Assembly: GCA_011052165.1 (NCBI GenBank)
Contig: DRJN01000461.1
Span: 1-34,416 of the forward strand
Reading direction: 5' to 3'
Source of the DNA: Gammaproteobacteria bacterium
Lineage (GTDB): Bacteria > Pseudomonadota > Gammaproteobacteria > UBA6429 > Thiohalophilaceae
DNA length: 34,416 nucleotides
The notes under the pieces are model-generated. The model saw only the letters and a list, made by a program, of their open reading frames with translations, had not been told where the DNA came from and searched no databases. This document shows positions 1 through 8,562 of the stretch, piece after piece. Position 1 is the stretch's first letter, and the number at the start of each line of letters is the position of its first letter. Both the position numbers and the translations under genes were made by a program.

Positions 1-54
1 AAGTGGTGTGGTCAGACTGCGTGGTTATGGAGTGCCAGTGGTGAGAGAGGTATG

Positions 55-79
55 GGTTCCCACGCAGAGCGTGGGAACC
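55..79. repeat. REP-like perfect hairpin (GGTTCCCACGC-aga-GCGTGGGAACC)
   Basis: Read directly: an 11-bp perfect inverted repeat with a 3-nt loop in non-coding DNA at the window edge. Related GGTTCC/GGAACC half-sites recur at 160-170, 181-187 and 204-210. The function (REP element or terminator) is unknown. Confidence 0.5.
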
Positions 80-235
80 AGAGATCATGCGCGGGATCAA
101 GGGAGGCAGTTCGACCAGGCTGTTTGAGAGTTTTCCCGACCTGAAACGGCGCTATTTCTTGTTCCCAGCGTATCATTTTAGAACCACGAATGTCTGGATG
201 AGGGTGGTTCCAGCTATTTTAAGCCGGGGAATTAA

Positions 236-1639
236 TCAATATTTTTCTGTTGGAAATAATTTACCAGGATTGAGAATATTATTCGGATCGAAGTCATTTT
301 TTATCTGTTGCATCAGACGCAGGCTGGCGGCGTCGAGTTCCCGGTCGATAAACGCCTGTTTGCTGATGCCCACGCCGTGTTCGCCGGAGAGGCTGCCTTT
401 GAGTTTCAGCGTTAAATCGAATACCTGTTCCAGGCAGGTGTCGATATTTTTAGCCTGTACCGGGTTGTTGGGATCATAAAGCAGGTTGACGTGAATATTG
501 CCATTACCGGCATGGCCGAAGTTGATGATGGGGATGGCGTATTTTTCCGAGAGTTGTTCGAGTCCGTGGATGAGCGCTGGAATTTTAGAAACGGGAACCA
601 CAATGTCTTCGTTGATTTTGTTGGGCGCCACATTGCGCAGGGCTGGGGACAGCGCTTTGCGCGCGTTCCACAACGCCGCCGCTTCTTCGGTCGTTTTTGC
701 GGTGCTGAGGGATAGCAGACCGCTGTTGCCTGCCACCGCCGTTATTTTTTCCACGTCGCTATCCAGATGTTCGCGAGCGCCGTCCAGCTCGATCATGAGC
801 ATGGCGCCGGCGGCATTGGGAAAAGAAATGTCACTGCTTTGGCGGATCAGATCAATGGCTCTGGCGTCGATGAATTCCAGTGCACAAGGGATGATCGGCT
901 GTTTCATGATGTCCGCCACGGCGCGGGTAGCCGATTCAATATCACGGTAAATAACCTGCAAAATGCGCTTGTCTTCGGGCAGGGGGGCGAGTTTCAGGGT
1001 GGCCTCGGTGATAATCGCCAGTGTGCCTTCGGAGCCGATTAACAGGCGGGTGAGATCAAATCCGACCACGCCCTTGGTGGTAAACACCCCCGTGCGAATG
1101 GACTCGCCAGCGCCGGTGACGGCGCGCAGACCGAGCACGTTTTCTCGTGGCGTGCCGTATTTGACCGCCCGGGGGCCGGCGGAATTGTAAGCCAGGTTGC
1201 CGCCGATAGAGCAAAAGGCGGCGCTGCTGGGATCCGGAGGCCAGAAACAGCCGTGTTCGGCCAGCACGTGTTGCACGGCCTGATTGGTTAGCCCCGGCTG
1301 CACGGTGATATAGCGATCATCCGGATTCATTTCGAGCACGGCCTGCATTTTTTCAGTGGAAAGCACCAGTCCTCCGCGCAGGGGTACACTGGCGCCGGTG
1401 GTGCCGGTGCCACGGCCGCGCGCGGTCAATGGAACTCGATGCTGGTTGCAAAGCTGGACAATGGCCAGCACCTGTCCGTGGCCTTCAGGAAAGACCACGG
1501 CATCGGGTGTCACCTGGATGCGGCTATTGTCATAACCGTAGGGGATGCAGTCCGCCGTTTCGGTGAACAGTTGTTCAGGGCTGAGGACGCCGCTAAGGGC
1601 GGCGACAAACTCGGGCGTTAAAGTATTCTCACGAGACAT
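236..1639 (-). CDS. FAD-linked oxidase, GlcD / D-lactate dehydrogenase family
   Basis: 467-aa ORF. The N-terminal half looks like an FAD_binding_4 (PCMH-type) domain (VVFPEGHGQVLAIVQLCNQHRVPLTARGRGTGTTG). The C-terminal half looks like an FAD-oxidase C domain ending ...GEHGVGISK...FDPNNILNPGK, which is typical of GlcD-like enzymes. The substrate cannot be read from the sequence. Confidence 0.85.
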   Translation of the reverse strand: MSRENTLTPEFVAALSGVLSPEQLFTETADCIPYGYDNSRIQVTPDAVVFPEGHGQVLAIVQLCNQHRVPLTARGRGTGTTGASVPLRGGLVLSTEKMQAVLEMNPDDRYITVQPGLTNQAVQHVLAEHGCFWPPDPSSAAFCSIGGNLAYNSAGPRAVKYGTPRENVLGLRAVTGAGESIRTGVFTTKGVVGFDLTRLLIGSEGTLAIITEATLKLAPLPEDKRILQVIYRDIESATRAVADIMKQPIIPCALEFIDARAIDLIRQSSDISFPNAAGAMLMIELDGAREHLDSDVEKITAVAGNSGLLSLSTAKTTEEAAALWNARKALSPALRNVAPNKINEDIVVPVSKIPALIHGLEQLSEKYAIPIINFGHAGNGNIHVNLLYDPNNPVQAKNIDTCLEQVFDLTLKLKGSLSGEHGVGISKQAFIDRELDAASLRLMQQIKNDFDPNNILNPGKLFPTEKY

Positions 1640-1659
1640 AGCGTTGAAACAACAATGGG

Positions 1660-2630
<971 letters not shown>

Positions 2631-2648
2631 GCTATGACTATACCTTTG

Positions 2649-4490
2649 TTATATTCCCTGATCTATCCGCACAGGCCGACCGTTGACAAATTTTACCCAG
2701 GTCAGCTGGCGGTGTATTTGTTGTTTCAGATCCAGACTGAGACTGCCGGTTTCACCGTCGAAACGCTCATAGGGATATTTTTTCAGGGTGTTCAGGGCGG
2801 GGATAATATCATAGGCATCAATGCCCAGTGCATAAAGGCGTTGCAGACTATGACCGGCCCTGGAAATCTGTGGCTCGATTTTGCTGCGCAGACTGCGCGG
2901 GTGGCGGCTGTCGGTCAGTACCCAGGGCATGTCGCCGAATATCAGGCCGTCCATGTCGCGGTCACGGGCGGGATTGAGGTTGCCGGTAAAAACATGGGAA
3001 GTGCCGTAAACCGGCACGCTGGAGGCGCGGTAGAATTTGAGCTGGGGGCGTATCTGGCGCGCCTGGCGCGGATAGGCCGCAATGAAAACAAAATCAATAT
3101 CCTGGCGCCGGCGGGGCGTGTATTTAAGTTTGCGGTTGAGCAGACTGGAAAGACTACGGTAACGACGTTTGCTTTGATCGATATTGAGCAGACGTTGGAT
3201 GGGGCGGGAAAAATCCTTGTTTGCCGGATTATAGGTTTCCTGGTTAACGATCTTTCCGCCAATTTCGCGCCAGCGTTGGCTGAAGGCCTGTACCACCCGG
3301 CTTCCCCAGGGACCGGCCGGCACCAGGGTGACCGCGTTGACATAACCATCGAACCAGGTGCGTTCAGCGACCTGGCGGGCTTCTTCCTCAGGTGAGAGGC
3401 CAAACTGATAGAGATTGGCCGGAATATTATCATTGAGACTGTAATTTAATGCGAGGGTGGGGACAGGCAGAGGATGATGGGTGGCGATGCGTGCAATCGC
3501 GGTCTTGTCCAGCGGACCGACGACAAAGCCAGCCCCTTCAGCAATAGCCCGCTGATAAATGGCCGTTACATCGTTATTAGTGACATCATAAATGTGAATG
3601 GACTGCCGGTTTTTTATGCGCCGGGCATAATAGGCGCCCAGGAAACCGTCACGAATGGCTTCGGCAGCCTTGGCGAACTTGCTGGAAAACGGTAACAGCA
3701 GGGCAATCTGTTTGGGCAGCGAAACATCCTGCTGTTGGCGATTGAGCAGACTTTCAATGATCTGCCTGTCAGCGGGGTGGTGGGGATAGGTATGCTGCCA
3801 TTGCTGTACCGCCTGGCGCAGCATGGCCGGGCGTAGCTGATAGGTTTTGGCGATACGTACCAGATCCATCCAGCCGCTGAGTACGTTGGGGGGGGGATCG
3901 GTGCGCAGCTGCATGAGCGCCTGTTCGGTGAGCATGGCCAGAGCCTGCCAGATATCCTCCTGGTTGGCGTGTATCAGGGCGGCGTCATCCAGGTAGCGCT
4001 CGCGTTTGATTAATTCACGCGCCGTTTCAATGCGATTACCGGAAAGAGTGAAAGCATCTGCGCGCAGATCATAATAGTCGGCAAGATAAAAATGATTGCT
4101 GCCCACAGGGGGGGGTGCGTCGAGCAGTTTCAGAACCTGATCGATCTGGCGTTTAGTGAGGGCGATATGCGCCTGTGCCAGCCTCAGGAGCAGGCGCTGA
4201 TCTGTCTTGGCATAATTAATTTGCAGGCCCTGCAAGGTTTGTTTGGCCGCGGCAAGATTCTTCATGCTGGCTTCGGCCGCCGCTGCCCGTAATAGCAGTG
4301 GTGTGCGTTTGTAAGGACGCATCTGCTGAGCCATATCGAGAAACAGGGCGTCTGCCTTTTGGTATTCACCCCGGGCAAACAGAAGCTCGGCTTCATCAGG
4401 ATTGAGTTTCATCACCGCCGGGCCACTCGCACAGCTCGCGAGGCCGAGGCTGATGAACAGGAATAAGATTATTTTAATCGGGGCGTTCAT
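2649..4490 (-). CDS. lpoA: Penicillin-binding protein activator LpoA (outer-membrane lipoprotein)
   Basis: I moved the start to the ATG at 4488-4490. This gives MNAPIKIILFLFISLGLASC with a lipobox (LASC). The 23 extra residues of the longest ORF (to 4559) have no signal peptide. The protein has a TPR-like N-terminal half and a periplasmic-binding-protein-like C-terminal half (ALLLPFSSKFAKAAEAIRDGF). It is divergent from rsmI, which is the conserved arrangement. Confidence 0.85.
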   Translation of the reverse strand: MNAPIKIILFLFISLGLASCASGPAVMKLNPDEAELLFARGEYQKADALFLDMAQQMRPYKRTPLLLRAAAAEASMKNLAAAKQTLQGLQINYAKTDQRLLLRLAQAHIALTKRQIDQVLKLLDAPPPVGSNHFYLADYYDLRADAFTLSGNRIETARELIKRERYLDDAALIHANQEDIWQALAMLTEQALMQLRTDPPPNVLSGWMDLVRIAKTYQLRPAMLRQAVQQWQHTYPHHPADRQIIESLLNRQQQDVSLPKQIALLLPFSSKFAKAAEAIRDGFLGAYYARRIKNRQSIHIYDVTNNDVTAIYQRAIAEGAGFVVGPLDKTAIARIATHHPLPVPTLALNYSLNDNIPANLYQFGLSPEEEARQVAERTWFDGYVNAVTLVPAGPWGSRVVQAFSQRWREIGGKIVNQETYNPANKDFSRPIQRLLNIDQSKRRYRSLSSLLNRKLKYTPRRRQDIDFVFIAAYPRQARQIRPQLKFYRASSVPVYGTSHVFTGNLNPARDRDMDGLIFGDMPWVLTDSRHPRSLRSKIEPQISRAGHSLQRLYALGIDAYDIIPALNTLKKYPYERFDGETGSLSLDLKQQIHRQLTWVKFVNGRPVRIDQGI

Positions 4491-4599
4491 AGACTTGTTA
4501 AACTGTCCTGCTAGCTGTCGGGGGGATGGATGTCTGGCATTATAACGAGCGGGAATCAAAATTGCGCTGCCATTTGCGATGAATGATGTGAAATGAATT

Positions 4600-5460
4600 A
4601 TGGATTTTTATAAACAGTGTCTGTATATCGTGGCGACGCCGATTGGCAATCTGGGTGATTTCAGTCCACGGGCGGTTGACGTCCTTCAGCGGGTGGATCT
4701 GATCGCAGTAGAAGATACCCGTCACAGTGGTCGGTTGTTACAACATTTTGCCATCAAAACGCCGATGCAGGCCCTGCATGAGCACAATGAGCGTAAGCTG
4801 GCTGACGCGCTAGTGCAAAAAATTGAGAACGGTCAGACACTCGCGCTGATTTCCGATGCCGGTACACCTCTTCTGAGTGACCCCGGCTATCATCTGGTGC
4901 GCCTGGCGCGTGAAAAAGGCATCCGGGTGATCCCGGTGCCCGGCGCTTGCGCGGCTATTACGGCCTTGTCCGCCGCCGGTCTGGCCACCGATCGTTTTCG
5001 CTTCGAAGGTTTTCTACCGGCGAAGAACGGCGCGCGGCGGCAGCAACTGGAGAGCCTGAAGCAGGAGACGCTGACCTTGCTGTTTTACGAAAGCCCGCAC
5101 CGCATTGAGGATAGTCTCTCGGATATGGTGGCGATTTTTGGTGCGCAACGCCAGGGCGTGCTGGCCCGTGAATTGACCAAGACCTTTGAAACCATCCGTG
5201 GTGGTACGCTGGCGGAGCTGTCGAGCTGGGTGACGGGCGATGCCAACCAGCGTAAAGGTGAAATGGTGCTGCTGGTGCAGGGGGCCGCCGTCGCTGATCC
5301 TGATGATCTGGATGCCGATGCTGAGCGAGTGCTGAAAATTCTGTTGCAGGATCTGCCGCTGAAGCAGGCGGCGGCACTGGCCACCGAGATTACCGGGGTG
5401 CGCAAGAAAAAACTCTATGCGCGGGGGCTGGAGCTGAAGCAGGAGCGTGGGAACCAGTGA
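4600..5460 (+). CDS. rsmI: 16S rRNA (cytidine1402-2'-O)-methyltransferase RsmI
   Basis: 286 aa. It carries the tetrapyrrole-methylase-fold signature of RsmI ([18 protein letters not shown]...[17 protein letters not shown]...[12 protein letters not shown]) and is divergent from lpoA. Confidence 0.9.
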   Translation: MDFYKQCLYIVATPIGNLGDFSPRAVDVLQRVDLIAVEDTRHSGRLLQHFAIKTPMQALHEHNERKLADALVQKIENGQTLALISDAGTPLLSDPGYHLVRLAREKGIRVIPVPGACAAITALSAAGLATDRFRFEGFLPAKNGARRQQLESLKQETLTLLFYESPHRIEDSLSDMVAIFGAQRQGVLARELTKTFETIRGGTLAELSSWVTGDANQRKGEMVLLVQGAAVADPDDLDADAERVLKILLQDLPLKQAAALATEITGVRKKKLYARGLELKQERGNQ

Positions 5461-5486
5461 AATTCAGTTAGTATCCGATTTGTTGG

Positions 5487-5506
5487 ACTCCAGCTTGCGC
5501 TGGAGT
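5487..5506 (+). terminator. Stem-loop 27 nt downstream of the rsmI stop (possible terminator, no T-tract)
   Basis: An 8-bp stem (ACTCCAGC / GCTGGAGT) with loop TTGC, read directly. No U-run follows it, so its role as a terminator is uncertain. Confidence 0.3.
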
Positions 5507-5518
5507 GACGAAGGAATA

Positions 5519-5644
5519 TTTAATCGTAACTATTCAACATACTGGGGGAAGGTCGCCAACCATTGTCCAGCTTAAGTTATTTGAGGAAATGAGTAACACA
5601 GGTAGGTTGGCGCTGAGCCATGATCTTTATGGCGAAGCCCAACA
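5519..5644 (+). repeat. Left copy of the inverted intergenic repeat flanking the R-M cassette
   Basis: Three blocks match the reverse complement of 8414-8489: GTAACTATTCA (5526-5536), GTAGGTTGGCGCTGAGC (5602-5618) and GCGAAGCCCAACA (5632-5644). The left copy carries extra internal sequence. Confidence 0.6.
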
Positions 5645-5824
5645 ATCAAGTCAATGTTCATAGATAGGATCTTTAAAGTTATTGATTCTATTGGAGATTA
5701 TTATTGTAATTACGTTGTTTTGCATTTTTTGATATTAGTTTGTAGTTTCCCGACACAACTGTAACTTATTGAATATAGACAATTATCCCTTAAGAACTAA
5801 CGTATGAGTCAATGTTAGATTTCT

Positions 5825-6919
5825 TCACGCAAGAGCTAGTTCAAAATTCTGACCTGCTTCAGCGGTAGCATTGTCAACTTTTTCAATCCCGGATAATGAA
5901 TTTTCTATACACTTTGCAACTACATGCGCTAGTCCGCACGGCACAGCATTTCCAATCTGCGAGAATACTCTGCTGCTTGGTCCGCAAAATATATAGTTTC
6001 TAGGGAATGTTTGAAGTAAAGCGGCTTCGTCGATTGTAAGTCGTCTCAGATATGAAGGTGAGTCATGCATACCCTGTGGTTTACCTCCGGCCATTAAGTG
6101 CTGGTGGTAATCTTCGACCCATGATGCCGCATCATTATATAAATGATTATCATCAATTATCGGTGTTCTATTGCCGCCCATACTTGCAGGTAAAGTGCTT
6201 GCCCACCCATCAGGATTTAGTGGTCTACCTTGTCCATTAAATAGCATCCCCGCATATGGCGATTTTCTGAGCACAGGTTTCGCGGCAAGGGTAACTTTTG
6301 CATTGCAAACGCGATCATTACCTTCAGATCCTGGCTTGCCTAAAGGAATTAGCACATCGCGAAGAGTTGGTGCCGATTTTTTGTAGCTTTGAAAATTAGA
6401 TAAGAAAATCGGATTAAATCCATTCTTTACACCAATGAAGAATACTCTTTCACGTGACTGGGGAACCCCAAACTCCTTAGCATTTAGAATGTGTATAGTG
6501 ACGGTGTACCCAGCTTTCTGGAAACGTGAAATAAGTGAAGCACGGACATCTTCAAATTTAGCTAGTGAGCCAAGTGATTTTACATTCTCCATAACAAAAG
6601 CCTTTGGCTGAACATCCTCGATTACGGAGCAAAAACTAAATATCAGTTTGCTCCTCGGGTCTTCTGGATCCATCTTCCCTGCTACTGAAAACCCTTGACA
6701 AGGAGGACCGCCAAAAACGACATCTATTCCTTTGAATTTTGAGAGATCAGTTTTAATCTCATCTATATCTCCCTCAAAAAGCACTGTGTCAGGGTGATTA
6801 GCGCGAAATGTATCGCAAGCATGTTTATCCATTTCATTTGCAGCAATGATCTGGAATCCCGCATCCCTAAATCCAACATCCATCCCCCCAGCCCCACTAA
6901 ACAAGGAAATCGCTTTCAT
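5825..6919 (-). CDS. DNA (cytosine-5)-methyltransferase (type II R-M modification subunit)
   Basis: 364 aa with the canonical m5C-MTase motifs in order: I FSGAGG, IV GGPPCQGFS, VI FVMENV, VIII QSRERVFFIG, IX/X RRLTIDEAALLQTFP...QIGNAVP. A variable target-recognition region lies between VIII and IX. The target sequence cannot be deduced by eye. Confidence 0.95.
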   Translation of the reverse strand: MKAISLFSGAGGMDVGFRDAGFQIIAANEMDKHACDTFRANHPDTVLFEGDIDEIKTDLSKFKGIDVVFGGPPCQGFSVAGKMDPEDPRSKLIFSFCSVIEDVQPKAFVMENVKSLGSLAKFEDVRASLISRFQKAGYTVTIHILNAKEFGVPQSRERVFFIGVKNGFNPIFLSNFQSYKKSAPTLRDVLIPLGKPGSEGNDRVCNAKVTLAAKPVLRKSPYAGMLFNGQGRPLNPDGWASTLPASMGGNRTPIIDDNHLYNDAASWVEDYHQHLMAGGKPQGMHDSPSYLRRLTIDEAALLQTFPRNYIFCGPSSRVFSQIGNAVPCGLAHVVAKCIENSLSGIEKVDNATAEAGQNFELALA

Positions 6920-6957
6920 TAAAATATTCCTATTTCGAATAATTTAGAGATTATAGC

Positions 6958-7230
6958 ATGATGTATAGTATGAAAAAAGGTAAAACAATATTCGACCAAC
7001 GCTATCAGAAGCTCATATCTGAACTTGCCAAAGAGCGCATTCGTCTGAGCATTTCTCAAGGTGAGCTTGCGGCACAGGTTGGCTTAAACCAATCTGATAT
7101 TTCTAAGATCGAAAAATATGAGAAGCGTCTTGATGTGCTTGAACTCTCGATGCTTTTGAAAGCATTACGCATCGAAGAAAATGCACGACTCCAGCAAATT
7201 GTCAAAGAATTTACTGGAGTTCCCGAATGA
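6958..7230 (+). CDS. XRE-family helix-turn-helix protein, probable R-M controller (C) protein
   Basis: 90 aa, or 86 aa if the ATG at 6970 (MKKGKT...) is the true start. It has an HTH_3-type segment (ISQGELAAQVGLNQSDISKIEKYEKR). It is divergent from the methyltransferase, and its stop overlaps the start of the downstream ORF (ATGA at 7227-7230). This is the classic M <- -> C-R layout. Confidence 0.75.
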   Translation: MMYSMKKGKTIFDQRYQKLISELAKERIRLSISQGELAAQVGLNQSDISKIEKYEKRLDVLELSMLLKALRIEENARLQQIVKEFTGVPE

Positions 7231-8315
7231 ACGAGATCGCCGAGAGGAATAGCGCTGGTCAATATTATGTAAATACCCGTCTCGGTGTTGCAAAAACTAA
7301 GAGCAATGAAGATTTTCAAGAGTTTGAGCCTTCGACAGAGATTTACAAACTACTAACAGAACTCATTGAAGTAAATGCAAAAGGCTTTCGAGGCGTGGTT
7401 GTCACAGCCTTGACCGGCTTGCATCTAAATGAAAACTACGACCCATTAAACAATTTTTATGGTTGCAACCCACGATCTATATTTGAGGGGGGCATCTGGT
7501 ACGCTCTCCAAGAAAATAGCGTTCCTTGCGGAAAGTCAGATCCGCTCAATGTGGCTAAGAATGTCGATCAATTGAATGAGGATTGGGCGAAAGGAAGAAG
7601 GCCTCAATCAGCAGCTATGGCAGCAGTAAGATTCCTTAGAATTGTCATGGATGCTGGAAAATCTAAAAGAGCCAGACTAATTGATTACTTCTTTTTTCGT
7701 CTTTGGAAGTACGCTGAAAGTGTAACTGGTTACCAGCTTGCTGAAATAAAACAATCGACTGAGTCGAGGCAAATGCTGGGAAATCGATTAGTAGAATTTA
7801 CACTCAGATACCCAGAGTCAGGAAATCTTCCCCAATATCTTGTTTCACAGCTTCTAGCCGCAGTATTTAGGACTTCAGCAATCGAGGTTGTTGGCGGAGA
7901 TGAGAGTGTTTTTGGTACCAATACCACTTCAAAGAAACCCGCTGATATTTGGTTGGAAATCGAAGGAAACGAAACGAATTTATATGAGATTACTGTTAAA
8001 CCGGTATCAAAAAAGAGGCTGGATGATAGCCTTGATGCACTAAATTCCACAGGTCACCTGAATCATTCAGTAACTTTCATATGCAGATTGCCAGATGATG
8101 TTACGGAACTTTCTGTCACAGATGGTAGCTATATTTATAAAGGTAAACGTTTTGACTTTATAGACTATCAAGCATTTTGTTGTTCTTTATGTGCTCTATT
8201 AAATGATGAGGAATTTTCTATTGTATTGAAAAATATTACAGATTTTGTACAAGATATGCATATTTCAATGAAAACAAAAACAGGATGGAATAAACTCTTT
8301 AAAACAGAAATCTAA
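7227..8315 (+). CDS. Putative type II restriction endonuclease (family not recognised)
   Basis: 362-aa ORF translationally coupled to the C gene, with the same low GC as the methyltransferase. I recognise no family signature. There is only a tentative nuclease-like segment, GGDES(224-227)...KKPAD(240)IWLEIEG...LYE(254)ITVK(258). The coding call is solid, but the function is inferred from context. Confidence 0.6.
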   Translation: MNEIAERNSAGQYYVNTRLGVAKTKSNEDFQEFEPSTEIYKLLTELIEVNAKGFRGVVVTALTGLHLNENYDPLNNFYGCNPRSIFEGGIWYALQENSVPCGKSDPLNVAKNVDQLNEDWAKGRRPQSAAMAAVRFLRIVMDAGKSKRARLIDYFFFRLWKYAESVTGYQLAEIKQSTESRQMLGNRLVEFTLRYPESGNLPQYLVSQLLAAVFRTSAIEVVGGDESVFGTNTTSKKPADIWLEIEGNETNLYEITVKPVSKKRLDDSLDALNSTGHLNHSVTFICRLPDDVTELSVTDGSYIYKGKRFDFIDYQAFCCSLCALLNDEEFSIVLKNITDFVQDMHISMKTKTGWNKLFKTEI

Positions 8316-8346
8316 CGAGTAAACCCAGCGGACAGCCAAAAACCTC

Positions 8347-8371
8347 CGATTTTTGCGTCCGCAAAAAGTCG
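8347..8371. terminator. Stem-loop between convergent genes (possible terminator of the C-R operon)
   Basis: CGATTTTTGC-gtcc-GCAAAAA(G)TCG forms a 10-bp stem with one bulge, followed a few nt later by CTTTT. It lies 32 nt downstream of the 8315 stop. Confidence 0.35.
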
Positions 8372-8413
8372 CGCCCCTTTTGTCTGCCCCTGATTAAAGC
8401 GATAGGCCACGCC

Positions 8414-8489
8414 TGTTGGGCTTCGCGTTGCTCAGCGCCAACCTACATACAAGGTTCCCTGACAATTATGCTGAATAGTTACATTTAAT
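8414..8489 (-). repeat. Right copy (inverted) of the repeat flanking the R-M cassette
   Basis: Its reverse complement reads GATTAAATGTAACTATTCAGCATA...GTAGGTTGGCGCTGAGCaacGCGAAGCCCAACA. It matches 5519-5644 in perfect blocks of 11, 17 and 13 nt. Confidence 0.6.
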
Positions 8490-8562
8490 CAAACATGCCT
8501 AAAAAAACTCCGCGCCTCCGCGCCCTCTGCGTTAATACAACACGCCAGCTTCAGTGCAGTCA

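Larger units (their letters stand above)
5461..8562. other. AT-rich accessory islet carrying a type II R-M cassette
   Basis: Spot GC counts of 60-nt lines: 7261-7320 = 20/60, 6481-6540 = 24/60, against 35/60 for 5161-5220 in rsmI. The islet interrupts the rsmI-rnpB adjacency that I recall from other gammaproteobacteria such as Pseudomonas. I saw no integrase or transposase. Confidence 0.6.

Noticed and set aside
181-210. GAACCAC-N16-GTGGTTC inverted repeat just downstream of the oxidase gene stop, considered as its terminator.
   Set aside because: The stem is only 7 bp with a 16-nt loop, and no U-tract follows on the minus strand. It more likely belongs to the GGTTCC/GGAACC repeat cluster at the window start.
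87-1190. Plus-strand ORFs 87-479, 491-715, 498-950, 767-1042 and 963-1190.
   Set aside because: All but the first ~150 nt of ORF 87-479 are antisense to the well-supported FAD-linked oxidase gene, and that upstream part lies in repeat-rich non-coding DNA. They have no motifs and an implausible composition.
5443-5457. The 15-nt string GAGCGTGGGAACCAG forms the last codons of rsmI (..ERGNQ*) and is identical to 67-81, the right arm of the REP-like hairpin at 55-79. It could mean the rsmI 3' end was remodelled by a REP half-site at the islet boundary.
   Set aside because: For a 34.4-kb window searched on both strands, about one chance 15-mer coincidence is expected (N^2/4^15 is about 1.1). No left arm is present at 5443. 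I cannot distinguish this from chance without other genomic copies.
8508-8531. Tandem octamer CTCCGCGC CTCCGCGC followed by CCTCTGCG, next to an A7 run. I considered it as a CRISPR-like or tandem-repeat feature, and as the terminator of the cytochrome-fusion gene (on the minus strand it reads ...GGCGCGGAGGCGCGGAG-TTTTTTT).
   Set aside because: There are only two units and no spacers, so it is not a CRISPR. As a terminator, only a 4-bp CGCG/CGCG stem can form ahead of the T7 run, which is too weak to annotate.
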